Source of the DNA: Candidatus Shapirobacteria bacterium
Lineage (GTDB): Bacteria > Patescibacteriota > Microgenomatia > UBA12405
Assembly (NCBI GenBank): GCA_028704635.1
Contig: JAQWFB010000002.1
Span: 128,693-192,692 of the forward strand
DNA length: 64,000 nucleotides
Direction of reading: 5' to 3'
The number at the start of each line of letters is the position of its first letter. Positions within the stretch are counted from its first letter, which is position 1. Below are positions 51,203 to 60,120 of the stretch, one piece after another. The notes beneath the pieces are model-generated. The model was not told the origin of the DNA, made no database searches, and saw nothing but the letters and a program-made list of their open reading frames with translations. Made by a program: the position numbers and the translations under genes.

Positions 51203-52325
51203 AGAAAAAACTCCTAAAATCGCCATTATTCAAGATTACATCAAAGAATTCGGTGGGGCAGAGTCAGTCTTAGAAACCTTATCCGAAATTTTCCCCAACG
51301 CTCCTATTTACACCACGCTCTATAAACCAGAATTTCTTGGTCCTCATCAATTTCGTCTTCAAAAAAAATGGGACAATCGAGTTCATCAAAGCTTTTTTCA
51401 ATACATTCCTTTTGCCCACAAAATCATCAGTCCTCTTCGTCTTTTATCTCCACTTGCTTTTAAATCTTTCGATTTTTCTCAATTCGACATCATCATTACT
51501 TCCGCCACTGGTGCCTATTTTCCTAATTTAATTAACAAAAAAAATGCCAAATTAATTTCTTATTGCCACACTCCACCACGCTATCTTTATGGTCTTCCCA
51601 CTGCCCGTAATTTTACTAAAAATAAATTCATTTATGCTTTAATTCAGATCTTAAATCACTTTTTAAGAATCACTGATTTTAAATCTGCCCAAAATGTTGA
51701 TCAGTTTATCGCCAATTCCCAAACCACCGCCGACCGCATCAAAAAATTCTACCGCCGGGATTCCATTATCATTAATCCTCCAATTGAAATAAATCAAAAT
51801 AATCTACGATCTAACATCGACGATCGACAAAACTATTTTCTTGCTGGTGGCCGACTTGCCCGAGCCAAACGCTACGATATCGCCATTAAAGCTTGTAACC
51901 AATTAAATTTAAAATTAAAAATTTTCGGCCGTGATTTTGCCGGCTTTTCCGATGAATTAAAAGCTATGGCTAGTTCCAGTATCGAATTTTTAGGTGAAGT
52001 TACTCAAGATCAAAAAGACCAACTTTATTCTCAAGCCAAAGCTTTTATTTTCTGTTCCGACAACGAAGATTTTGGTATGGTTCCAGTTGAATCAATGGCT
52101 CATGGTTGCCCGGTTATTGCTTATAAAAGTGGTGGAACCACTGAGACTGTTATTGATGGTAAAACCGGCGTCTTTTTTGATGAATTAACATCCAAGTCTT
52201 GTGTTGCTGCCATTCAAAAATTTCAAAAATTAAAAATCAATCCTCAGGATTGTATCTCCCGTGCTTCCGATTTCTCCACCGAAAAATTCATTTCCAAAAT
52301 CAAAAAATTAGTTTTAAAAGACTAA
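51168..52325 (+). CDS. Glycosyltransferase family 4
   Basis: GGAE.V, YCHTPPRYLY, EDFG.VP.E.MA.G.PVIAY..GG. Confidence 0.9.
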   Translation: MKSKHTKPHYSKEKTPKIAIIQDYIKEFGGAESVLETLSEIFPNAPIYTTLYKPEFLGPHQFRLQKKWDNRVHQSFFQYIPFAHKIISPLRLLSPLAFKSFDFSQFDIIITSATGAYFPNLINKKNAKLISYCHTPPRYLYGLPTARNFTKNKFIYALIQILNHFLRITDFKSAQNVDQFIANSQTTADRIKKFYRRDSIIINPPIEINQNNLRSNIDDRQNYFLAGGRLARAKRYDIAIKACNQLNLKLKIFGRDFAGFSDELKAMASSSIEFLGEVTQDQKDQLYSQAKAFIFCSDNEDFGMVPVESMAHGCPVIAYKSGGTTETVIDGKTGVFFDELTSKSCVAAIQKFQKLKINPQDCISRASDFSTEKFISKIKKLVLKD

Positions 52326-53269
52326 CGTTCTTTAAGCCATTTCTGTGTTTCTAAAGCCGCTCGACAGCCTTCACCAGCCGCAAGAATTGCTTGTCGGTGA
52401 TTTTCATTCACACAATCTCCAGCCGCAAAAATTCCTTCCACACTAGCCATAGTTACCAATTTTTCATTTTTACCTACCACTATTTGCCCCATCTCCTTTA
52501 ATTTCACCAATCCTTCTAAAAATTTTGTCGCTGGACTATAACCAACCGCCACAAACATCCCATCTAATGGCAATATTGTTTCTTTCTCAGTTTTATTGTT
52601 TAAAATCTTTACTGATTCTAATTTTTCTTCTCCATTTAATTCTTTCACTTCTGAACTCCACCAAATCTCTATTTTTTCATTATCCAATACCTTTTTCTGT
52701 TCCGCCGCACTAGCCCTAAATTCTTCTCTTCTAACAATCATAAAAACTTTTTTAGTAAATTTTGCCAAAAATACTGCATCTTCACATGCCGTATCTCCAC
52801 CACCCACCACTGCCACCGTCTTATCCCTAAAAAACATTCCATCACAAGTCGCGCAACTGCTTATTCCATGCCCAATTAATTCCTGTTCTTTTGGTAAACC
52901 CAACCATTTTACCCCTGCTCCAGTCGCCACAATCACAGTCTTGCTTTGCAAAACCTCTCCACTTTCCAATTCCACTTCAAAACTTGATGAACTTTCAACT
53001 TGATGAACTTGATGAACTAACCCTCCCTTTATCTCTACTCCCAATTTTTTTACTTGAGTTTGGGTATCCATCATCAACTTAAACCCACCAACTCCGTCTG
53101 GAAACCCTGGATAATTTTCTACCATTGGCGTAATTGTCAATTGACCTCCAGGTTGATTTCCCGCAATCACAATTGTCTTAATATCCGCTCGAGCCTGATA
53201 AATTGCTGCTGTTAAACCAGCCGGGCCTGAACCGATAATCACACAATCATATTTAATATTTTCATTCAT
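52322..53269 (-). CDS. trxB: Thioredoxin reductase
   Basis: IGSGPAG.TAA, ENYPGF, CATCDG, VGGGDTA.E.A, FAAGD. Confidence 0.95.
   Translation of the reverse strand: MNENIKYDCVIIGSGPAGLTAAIYQARADIKTIVIAGNQPGGQLTITPMVENYPGFPDGVGGFKLMMDTQTQVKKLGVEIKGGLVHQVHQVESSSSFEVELESGEVLQSKTVIVATGAGVKWLGLPKEQELIGHGISSCATCDGMFFRDKTVAVVGGGDTACEDAVFLAKFTKKVFMIVRREEFRASAAEQKKVLDNEKIEIWWSSEVKELNGEEKLESVKILNNKTEKETILPLDGMFVAVGYSPATKFLEGLVKLKEMGQIVVGKNEKLVTMASVEGIFAAGDCVNENHRQAILAAGEGCRAALETQKWLKER
52981..53018 (+). repeat. 9-bp ACTTGATRA tandem unit (family E), in-frame in trxB
   Basis: aacttgatgaactttcaacttgatgaacttgatgaact, encodes VHQVHQVESSSS. Six related loci elsewhere. Confidence 0.7.
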
Positions 53270-53327
53270 ACCCATCATTCTATCAAAACAACTTTACTTT
53301 TTTTGTTTTTTAATTAATACTTAAATA

Positions 53328-54248
53328 ATGTCCAAGAAAACTCGTCAAGTTATAAAATTAATTTTTGATCTCATCCAAAATAAACAGAGATTTTTTCTTT
53401 GGACTGGTATTCGTTTTATTTCCAGTTTTATACCCTTAATTACTATTTATCTTTTTTCAAAAACGATTAATTTGGTTGAAGTTAAATCAGATTTTTCTGC
53501 CATCTTTTTTTTAATACTTATTGTTTTTACTATTAGGATTATAGACAATTTCACTCGTATTAAATCTGTCGCTAAATTAGATGAATGTATTAGTGATATT
53601 AGCTTTGATATTCATAATCATTTTATCAACGACATTAAAACTGAAACCAAACTCGAACGTCATCAAAGTATTCAAATTATTCGTAATTTTACCGATGCTA
53701 CCACTTGGACTTTAAAACTTTTGCGTCAGCCGGGGATTGATAGCATTGTTTCTTTAATTGCCATTCCTGTTATTCTTCTCTTTGTTGATTTTCGAATTTT
53801 TATTTTAGAAATTGTTTTTATTACTATTTACTTTTTTATTGATCGCTACACCACTCAACATTACATTGCTTTTAAAGATCTTCAAGACACTAAAACTGAA
53901 AGTTATTACGCCAAACTTCATGAAACTAATGATGTTGATCTTGAACAAAAAACCTTCAGTCGTCATTTTTCTCGACTTTGCAATTGGTTTTTTACTGAAT
54001 GGTTTACCCTCCAAAACACGGCCGTTTTCTTTTACACTCTAATTTTTGCTTATTTAATAATGTCTGTTTCCAATGGTACTAAATTAATATCCGAATTAGT
54101 TTTAATTATGACTTATATCACTTCTACCCAAACTTATTTAAATTCTTTTTCTGAAATTAAAGATAGTCTAGCCGACATGTCCGTTTCAGTTGATCATTTG
54201 GCTAAAAACAAATCCATCACCGCCATCGATTTTGAAGATTTAGTATAA
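53328..54248 (+). CDS. ABC-exporter transmembrane-domain-like protein lacking a nucleotide-binding domain
   Basis: Six-TM spacing typical of ABC_membrane. The ORF ends before any Walker A. Confidence 0.5.
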   Translation: MSKKTRQVIKLIFDLIQNKQRFFLWTGIRFISSFIPLITIYLFSKTINLVEVKSDFSAIFFLILIVFTIRIIDNFTRIKSVAKLDECISDISFDIHNHFINDIKTETKLERHQSIQIIRNFTDATTWTLKLLRQPGIDSIVSLIAIPVILLFVDFRIFILEIVFITIYFFIDRYTTQHYIAFKDLQDTKTESYYAKLHETNDVDLEQKTFSRHFSRLCNWFFTEWFTLQNTAVFFYTLIFAYLIMSVSNGTKLISELVLIMTYITSTQTYLNSFSEIKDSLADMSVSVDHLAKNKSITAIDFEDLV

Positions 54249-54255
54249 TGGCAAC

Positions 54256-55134
54256 ATGCCAGAACTTCCCGAAGTTGAGGTCGTCCGACTTTTTTTAGAC
54301 AACCATTTAATTGGTAAAACTATTTCTAATTTAGAGATTTTAAATAAAAAATCCTTCACTGGCGATCCAAAAAAAATAATTAATCAAAAAATCACCAAAA
54401 CTTCTCGTATTGGCAAACAGCTCTCAATTCATTTGAAAAATAATTTAATTCTTCTTTTTCATCTCAAAATGACCGGCCAAATTATATACAGTCCCCTTTT
54501 TTCAAGGGGGATGCCCGCAGGGCAGGGGGTTTCAACATTTGGTCATCCCACTCCCAAAGAAGATAAATCAACTTTACCCAATAAATCCACTCGTCTCGTT
54601 TTTACTTTTTCCAATGGTTCTAAATTATTTTTTAACGATCAACGCAAATTTGGCTGGGTTAAACTTTTTACCTCTAACGAACTCGATGACTCTCAAAAAA
54701 ATCTTGGTCTTGATATTTTAAGTTCCAAATTTACCTCTAAATATTTTTATCAGCAAATTCAGAATACTACTCGTCCTATTAAAGTAGTTTTACTCGATCA
54801 ATCTAAATTTGCCGGCATTGGCAATATTTATGCCAACGATGCCCTCTTTTTATCCAAAATTAATCCACAAACACCTTCAAATAAAATTAGTTTTAAAAAA
54901 GCTTTGCTTCTACACCATTTTTTAATCCAAATTATGACCGAGTCTATTAAAGCCGGTGGTTCCACTGCCAAAGATAATAAATATATTCACCCCGATGGTT
55001 CCAGTGGTCAACATCAATTTAATTTTCAAGTTTACCAACGAGCTGGCGAACCTTGTTTAGTTTGTCAAACTCCAATTAAACGAATCACTCTCGCCGGCCG
55101 CGGCACCTTCTATTGCCCCAAATGTCAAAAATAA
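54256..55134 (+). CDS. mutM: Formamidopyrimidine-DNA glycosylase
   Basis: MPELPEVE, HLKMTG, D.RKFG, AGIGNIYA, C-terminal zinc finger C..C...R.T.YCP.CQ. Confidence 0.96.
   Translation: MPELPEVEVVRLFLDNHLIGKTISNLEILNKKSFTGDPKKIINQKITKTSRIGKQLSIHLKNNLILLFHLKMTGQIIYSPLFSRGMPAGQGVSTFGHPTPKEDKSTLPNKSTRLVFTFSNGSKLFFNDQRKFGWVKLFTSNELDDSQKNLGLDILSSKFTSKYFYQQIQNTTRPIKVVLLDQSKFAGIGNIYANDALFLSKINPQTPSNKISFKKALLLHHFLIQIMTESIKAGGSTAKDNKYIHPDGSSGQHQFNFQVYQRAGEPCLVCQTPIKRITLAGRGTFYCPKCQK
54491..54532 (+). repeat. Family A element in-frame in mutM
   Basis: tccccttttttcaagggggatgcccgcagggcagggg, encodes SPLFSRGMPAGQGV. Confidence 0.8.
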
Positions 55135-55214
55135 AAAGACTACCTGTCTCAGCCAAAGGCTGATTGGCCTCTGGCCAAAAAGGAGGGGTTAGGGGTGGAT
55201 TGGTTTTTTAATTC

Positions 55215-55253
55215 TTGACAACCTTTCTATATCGGACTAAAATAGTCCAGTAT
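55215..55253 (+). promoter_or_regulatory. Sigma70 promoter overlapped by an IscR type-1-like operator
   Basis: TTGACA(55215)-17 nt-TAAAAT(55238). Palindrome ATATCGGACTAAAATAGTCCAGTAT (55229-55253) resembles the IscR type-1 consensus ATASYYGACTRWWWYAGTCRRSTAT. Confidence 0.8.
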
Positions 55254-56781
55254 GAATTTATCAACCAAATCTCGTTATGGACTTCGTGCTCTGACCAATC
55301 TTCTTGATCAAGACTGTTGTTGTTCTGTCAAACAGATTTCTAAAAAAGAACATATTTCTTCCGATTATTTAGAAAAAATTTTTGCCAAATTAAAAAAAGC
55401 CGGTCTTTTAAAAGTTGAAAGGGGAGCTTGCGGTGGCTATTCTCTCAGCCGCGACCCTAAAAAAATTACTTTAGGTGAAGTCATTAATGCTCTTGAAAAA
55501 CCAGAATTTATTTGTCCTGATTTTTGTGATTGTCAAAGCAAATCAGTTTGGCAAAAAATTCAATCCGGCTTTAGTCATGTTTTAAATTCTATTACCCTTG
55601 ATCAATTAAAAACTTCTAATAATAAATCAGTTTATCTCGACTATGCTGCTTCCACTCCTGTCGACCCCGAAGTTTTAAACGCCATGCTTCCTTGTTTTGA
55701 TTTTTCTTTTTGTGGCAACACCATGTCGCTACATCAAATGGGCAGTGCCGCTTCCCAAGTTGTTGAATCGTGTCGTGTATCCTTTGCCGATATTTTAAAA
55801 GTTCAACCCCAAGAAATTATTTTTACTGGCTCAGCCACCGAAAGTAACAATACTGTTTTAAAAGGCATTGCTTTTGCTAATAAATCAAAAGGTAAACATA
55901 TTATCATTTCTTCAGTTGAACACGACTGTGTTTTAAACAGTGCCAAATGGTTAGAAACTCAAGGTTTTGAAATCAGTCAAATTTCTGTCGATAAATTTGG
56001 TCTCTTAAATTTAGACGAATTTAAAAAAACCATTCGCCCCGACACTATTTTGGTGTCCATTATTCATGGCAATAACGAAATTGGCACCATTCAAGATCTC
56101 CAAAGCATCGGCCAAATTTGTCACGATCGCGGAGTTTATTTTCACACCGATGCCTCTCAAAGTTTTACTAAAACCCCCATCGATTTATCTAAGTTAAACA
56201 TCGATCTCTTAACCGCTTCCTCTCATAAAATTTATGGTCCTAAAGGTGCTGCTCTTCTCTACATCAAAACCGGCACTAAAATTACCCCACTTCTTCATGG
56301 TGGCGGTCATGAATTTGGTTTTCGTTCTTCCACGGTTAATTTACCCGCCATCGTTGGTTTTACTAAAGCCGCCGAAATTTCTGTCAAAAATTTTGATCAA
56401 GAAAATAAAAAATTATCTGAACTTCGAGATTATTTAATCAAAAATATTTTAAAAACTATTCCCGAATCTCATCTTAATGGTCACCCTCAAAAACGTCTTT
56501 ACAATAATATTAATATTTCTTTTGCTCGAGTCGAAGGTGAATCCCTTCTTTTGGAATTAGATTTTTATGGCATCGCCGTTTCTACTGGTTCAGCCTGTTC
56601 TTCATCTTCCCTTGAGCCCAGTCATGTTCTTTTAGCCACCGGCCTTCGTCCTGAGCAAGCCCATGGCTCGCTTCGTTTTAGTCTTGGTCGTTTTACCACC
56701 AAATCAGAAGTCGATTATCTGTTAAAAGTTTTACCTCAAGTTATTAATAAATTTAGGCAAATTTCGCCATTTAAATCATAA
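55252..56781 (+). CDS. iscS: Rrf2/IscR-like regulator fused to an IscS-type cysteine desulfurase
   Basis: N-terminal STKSRYGLRAL, YLEKIF..L..AGL....RG..GGY.L. Then YLDYAASTP, FTGSATE.NN, SSHKIYGPKG, STGSACSS. Confidence 0.92.
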   Translation: MNLSTKSRYGLRALTNLLDQDCCCSVKQISKKEHISSDYLEKIFAKLKKAGLLKVERGACGGYSLSRDPKKITLGEVINALEKPEFICPDFCDCQSKSVWQKIQSGFSHVLNSITLDQLKTSNNKSVYLDYAASTPVDPEVLNAMLPCFDFSFCGNTMSLHQMGSAASQVVESCRVSFADILKVQPQEIIFTGSATESNNTVLKGIAFANKSKGKHIIISSVEHDCVLNSAKWLETQGFEISQISVDKFGLLNLDEFKKTIRPDTILVSIIHGNNEIGTIQDLQSIGQICHDRGVYFHTDASQSFTKTPIDLSKLNIDLLTASSHKIYGPKGAALLYIKTGTKITPLLHGGGHEFGFRSSTVNLPAIVGFTKAAEISVKNFDQENKKLSELRDYLIKNILKTIPESHLNGHPQKRLYNNINISFARVEGESLLLELDFYGIAVSTGSACSSSSLEPSHVLLATGLRPEQAHGSLRFSLGRFTTKSEVDYLLKVLPQVINKFRQISPFKS

Positions 56782-56783
56782 TT

Positions 56784-57236
56784 ATGTACACACAAAAAGT
56801 TCTCGAACATTTTAGAACTCCTCACAATTTTGGTTCCATGGACAATCCTACCGCTGTCGGTCAAGTCGGCAATCTTGCTTGTGGCGATGTCATGAAACTT
56901 TATTTAAAAATCGCTAAAAATAAAAAAGGCGAGGATTATATCCAAGACATTAAATTCGAGACCCTTGGTTGTGCTGCTGCTATTGCCACCAGTAGTGTCG
57001 TCACCGATTTAGCTAAAAACAAAACCTTAATCGAAGCTCTTAAAATTAAAAATGAAGATATTATTAAAGCCCTCGACGATTTGCCCGCCGTCAAAATTCA
57101 TTGTTCTTTATTAGCTGCCGACGCTCTAGCCGAAGCCATTTATGAGTTTTATCAAAAAAATCACCAACCTATTTCTCCTGAATTAGAAAAACTTCATCAA
57201 CGCATCACTGTCTGTCAAACTCGTTTAAACCATTAA
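56784..57236 (+). CDS. iscU: Fe-S cluster scaffold IscU/NifU-N
   Basis: HF..PHN.G, GN.ACGD.M, GCAAAIA.SS, K.HCS.LA. Confidence 0.93.
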   Translation: MYTQKVLEHFRTPHNFGSMDNPTAVGQVGNLACGDVMKLYLKIAKNKKGEDYIQDIKFETLGCAAAIATSSVVTDLAKNKTLIEALKIKNEDIIKALDDLPAVKIHCSLLAADALAEAIYEFYQKNHQPISPELEKLHQRITVCQTRLNH

Positions 57237-57254
57237 ATATTGATAAAATAAATT

Positions 57255-57713
57255 ATGTTTTTAGTTAAAGCGGCTTATGCTCAATGTCCAGTTTGTATTG
57301 TCACTGTTGGTGGGGGAATGTTTTTAGCACAAAAACTAGGTGTCGATGATTTTTTAGTTTCTCTTTGGATTTCTGGACTCAACACCGCCATTTCTTTTTG
57401 GTTAGCCCCTAAAATCAAAAATCGAATTTTAGGCAGTCCCATTATTTTCTCTCTTTTAATGTTTGGATTAACTCTCTTTTATTTTATTTCTACTGACCAA
57501 ACTGGCTCTCCTACTAATCAAATTTTTGGTTTAGATAAAATTATTTTTGGCCAAATTTTAGGTTTATTCATTATGTTTTTGGGTATTTTTATTGATCGTC
57601 ATTCTCGTAAACTAAATGGTGATAAAATTCTTTTTCCTTACCAAAAAGTTGTTTTTCCAGTTGGTACTTTAATTATTTTTACCTTATTATTCAAGTTAAT
57701 TTTTAAACTCTAA
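57255..57713 (+). CDS. Membrane protein with an N-terminal CPVC motif
   Basis: AYAQCPVC, about 4 TMs, FPYQKV. In the isc operon. Confidence 0.75.
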   Translation: MFLVKAAYAQCPVCIVTVGGGMFLAQKLGVDDFLVSLWISGLNTAISFWLAPKIKNRILGSPIIFSLLMFGLTLFYFISTDQTGSPTNQIFGLDKIIFGQILGLFIMFLGIFIDRHSRKLNGDKILFPYQKVVFPVGTLIIFTLLFKLIFKL

Positions 57714-58262
57714 ATGACCACTCCAAAAGAAATTGAAAAATTTATTAATAAAACTAAAGAACTCGAAAAAGGCCATCAACTCGATCTTTCTTCTGGAGAA
57801 GATTTATCCATCGCTATCATGAATCTTATCGGTATTGAAGAACATATGTTTTTCACTTCCCAAAAATTAGGCGATACTAAATATCTCGACGTTTTAAACA
57901 CTGCTCGGGAAATGAGAAAAGAATTAATGAAAAAAATCGTCAAGGAAGGGCAGGGAGAAGTTTGGTGTACCAGCAAACATCTTTTATCTGCTTCCATGCG
58001 CCTTATGGAAGTTGGCACCAAAAGCTTAACTAAAGGCGATCAAAAAGAAGCCAATGATTACTTTAAAAAATCTTTTGATTTATATAATCTTTTTTGGGGT
58101 TTAAATTTGGGTTTAATTGACTCCTCTGTAGAGACGTTGCGCGCAACGTCTCTACTTTCTAATAAAAATCTACCCCTCAAAGAAAAACCTATTCCCGAAA
58201 AAAGTCTAATGGGTACCATCAGCCAAACTATCGGTAAAATTCTCGACTGTTGTCGTGAATAA
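57714..58262 (+). CDS. Helical hypothetical protein with WC..KH and C-terminal CC motifs
   Basis: EDLSIA.MNLI..EEH, WCTSKHLL, DCCRE end. Abuts the previous gene. Confidence 0.75.
   Translation: MTTPKEIEKFINKTKELEKGHQLDLSSGEDLSIAIMNLIGIEEHMFFTSQKLGDTKYLDVLNTAREMRKELMKKIVKEGQGEVWCTSKHLLSASMRLMEVGTKSLTKGDQKEANDYFKKSFDLYNLFWGLNLGLIDSSVETLRATSLLSNKNLPLKEKPIPEKSLMGTISQTIGKILDCCRE
58128..58155 (+). repeat. GTAG-type REP in-frame in a CDS
   Basis: Perfect palindrome gtagagacgttgcgcgcaacgtctctac, encodes VETLRATSL. Confidence 0.8.
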
Positions 58263-58715
58263 TTAATCCCTAAAAATTAACAGCATTCCCACTAGAATCA
58301 AAATAATTGGCCAAAACATATCCCAATCAATCATTTTTGGAAATATTTGATTCCAAATAGCGGTCAGTCCTATTAAAATTAATACCACTCCTAAAATATT
58401 AATTCTTTTTGTTCTTTTTATTTTAGTTTCAAGTTTAATTTCTTTAGCCATTGATTTTGTTTTATCTTTAACTTCATCAGCAAACTCCTTAATTTTCTCC
58501 TCTTTATTTTGTTTTCCAGAACTATTCTGATTTACAGAAGGCACCACTAACCATAAAATTAAATAGATTAATACTCCACTTCCGCCACCAATTGCCAATA
58601 AAATAAAAATAATTCTAACTAATGAGCCGTCAATTTGAAAATATTCAGCCAATCCACCACAAACACCCGCAACTATATTATCGTCAACTGATCTAAATAA
58701 TTTTTTTGTTTCCAT
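58263..58715 (-). CDS. PspC domain membrane protein
   Basis: KKL.RS.DD..VAGVCGGLAEYF.ID...VR, YLILW.VVP. C-terminal LiaF-like TM pair. Confidence 0.88.
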   Translation of the reverse strand: METKKLFRSVDDNIVAGVCGGLAEYFQIDGSLVRIIFILLAIGGGSGVLIYLILWLVVPSVNQNSSGKQNKEEKIKEFADEVKDKTKSMAKEIKLETKIKRTKRINILGVVLILIGLTAIWNQIFPKMIDWDMFWPIILILVGMLLIFRD

Positions 58716-58717
58716 TA

Positions 58718-59362
58718 TTAAATTCTAGCAATTTCTTTTATCTTTTCAATATTTTTAATTACCATCGTTCTTTTTTTATTATAAAGATATCCTTGCTTTT
58801 GAAATTTCAAAATTTGCAAAGTTACCGTTTCTCGGGTTAATCCGGCCATACTCGCCAATACTCGGTGTGGAGTGTTGAATTTAATTAAAATTTCATTGCC
58901 CTTTTTCTCGCCCACATCCTTTGCGATCAAGCAAATTAAACCTGCCACTTTACCCTCTGCGTCTGCTGCTACAATTTGTCGCCAAGTTATAGATAAATCA
59001 CTTAATTCATCTATTAGTTTCTTATTAACCTCATTTAATATGTTTTCATCTTTTTCAATAAATTTTACAAACTCATTCATCGGTACTGCCCAAAGCTCTA
59101 CTGCCGTTATTGCTTCAACAAAATATCTATTTGGTTTTTTATGAAGACCATTCATTCCTGCACAAAAAAACAATGGTTTTAAGTTTGGTAAACTTGTTTC
59201 CTTTTCACCATTAATTACATAAGCTCTTAAAAACCCACTCTTTTCTATGTAAGCCGTATTCAAATCCTCTCCTGATCTAAACAAAACCTGCCCCTTTTTA
59301 TATTTAATTACCTCAAATTGGCTAAAAAATGACTCTAACTGTTTCTTAATTTTATCGTTCAT
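58718..59362 (-). CDS. Crp/Fnr family transcriptional regulator
   Basis: cNMP-binding beta-roll (KKGQVLF..GE) and HTH H..LAS.AGLTRETVT. Confidence 0.88.
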   Translation of the reverse strand: MNDKIKKQLESFFSQFEVIKYKKGQVLFRSGEDLNTAYIEKSGFLRAYVINGEKETSLPNLKPLFFCAGMNGLHKKPNRYFVEAITAVELWAVPMNEFVKFIEKDENILNEVNKKLIDELSDLSITWRQIVAADAEGKVAGLICLIAKDVGEKKGNEILIKFNTPHRVLASMAGLTRETVTLQILKFQKQGYLYNKKRTMVIKNIEKIKEIARI

Positions 59363-59499
59363 AAAATAAAAACTATTAATTATTAAAAAATTATTAAAAA
59401 TTTATTAAAAGATAACAAAATTCATTATATCACTAAGTTTTACTAATATTTATTACTAATTTTAATAATTTTTTAATAATTAAATAATAATATGGATTT

Positions 59500-60094
59500 A
59501 TGACCAAAGGTATGGAGTTTATTAATCCAAATCTAAATTTAGATCTACCACCAAAACCAGATATTTTTATCCCAATTTTAAAAGCCGCCGATAAATTAAA
59601 AGAAAGAATAGATAAAGCCGAGCAAGAAAGTGTGGTTGATTCTTTAACCGGTTGTTACAATCGTAACTTTTTTGAAAAATTCAAACAAGAACATTTTGAT
59701 CCTAATCGCGACAACAATAGAATCGGCTTAGTCTTTGTTGATGTCAATAATTTAAAAATCATTAATGACACTCAAGGCCACGAAGCAGGTGACACTTTAA
59801 TTAAAAATACGGCTAATTTTTTGAAATCAAATTTTAGAAAAGAAGATCTAATTATTCGTCTTGGCGGTGATGAATTTATAGTTATTTGTCGCAATTATGA
59901 CAATAGTTCTAATTTTGAAGAAAAACTTCTTTACAAAATAACAGAAAAACTAGCCGTTAATCCAAATAAAAAACCTTGCTTTTGGAGTTGCTGTTTACGA
60001 TAGAAATCAAGATTTTTCTAATTTAGATAAAACTAAAGATCGTGCCGACACCCAAATGTATCAAAATAAAAGAGAGATGAAAGCTGGAAAATAA
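59500..60094 (+). pseudogene. GGDEF diguanylate cyclase split by a +1 frameshift near 59964-59973
   Basis: D.LTG.YNR, DVNNLK.IND..GH..GD, RLGGDEF in frame 0. The C-terminus NLAFGVAVYD...RADTQMYQNK is in the +1 frame and ends at TAA 60094. Confidence 0.8.
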
Positions 60095-60120
60095 TTTTTT
60101 GTAAGTATAATAAAGTATAA

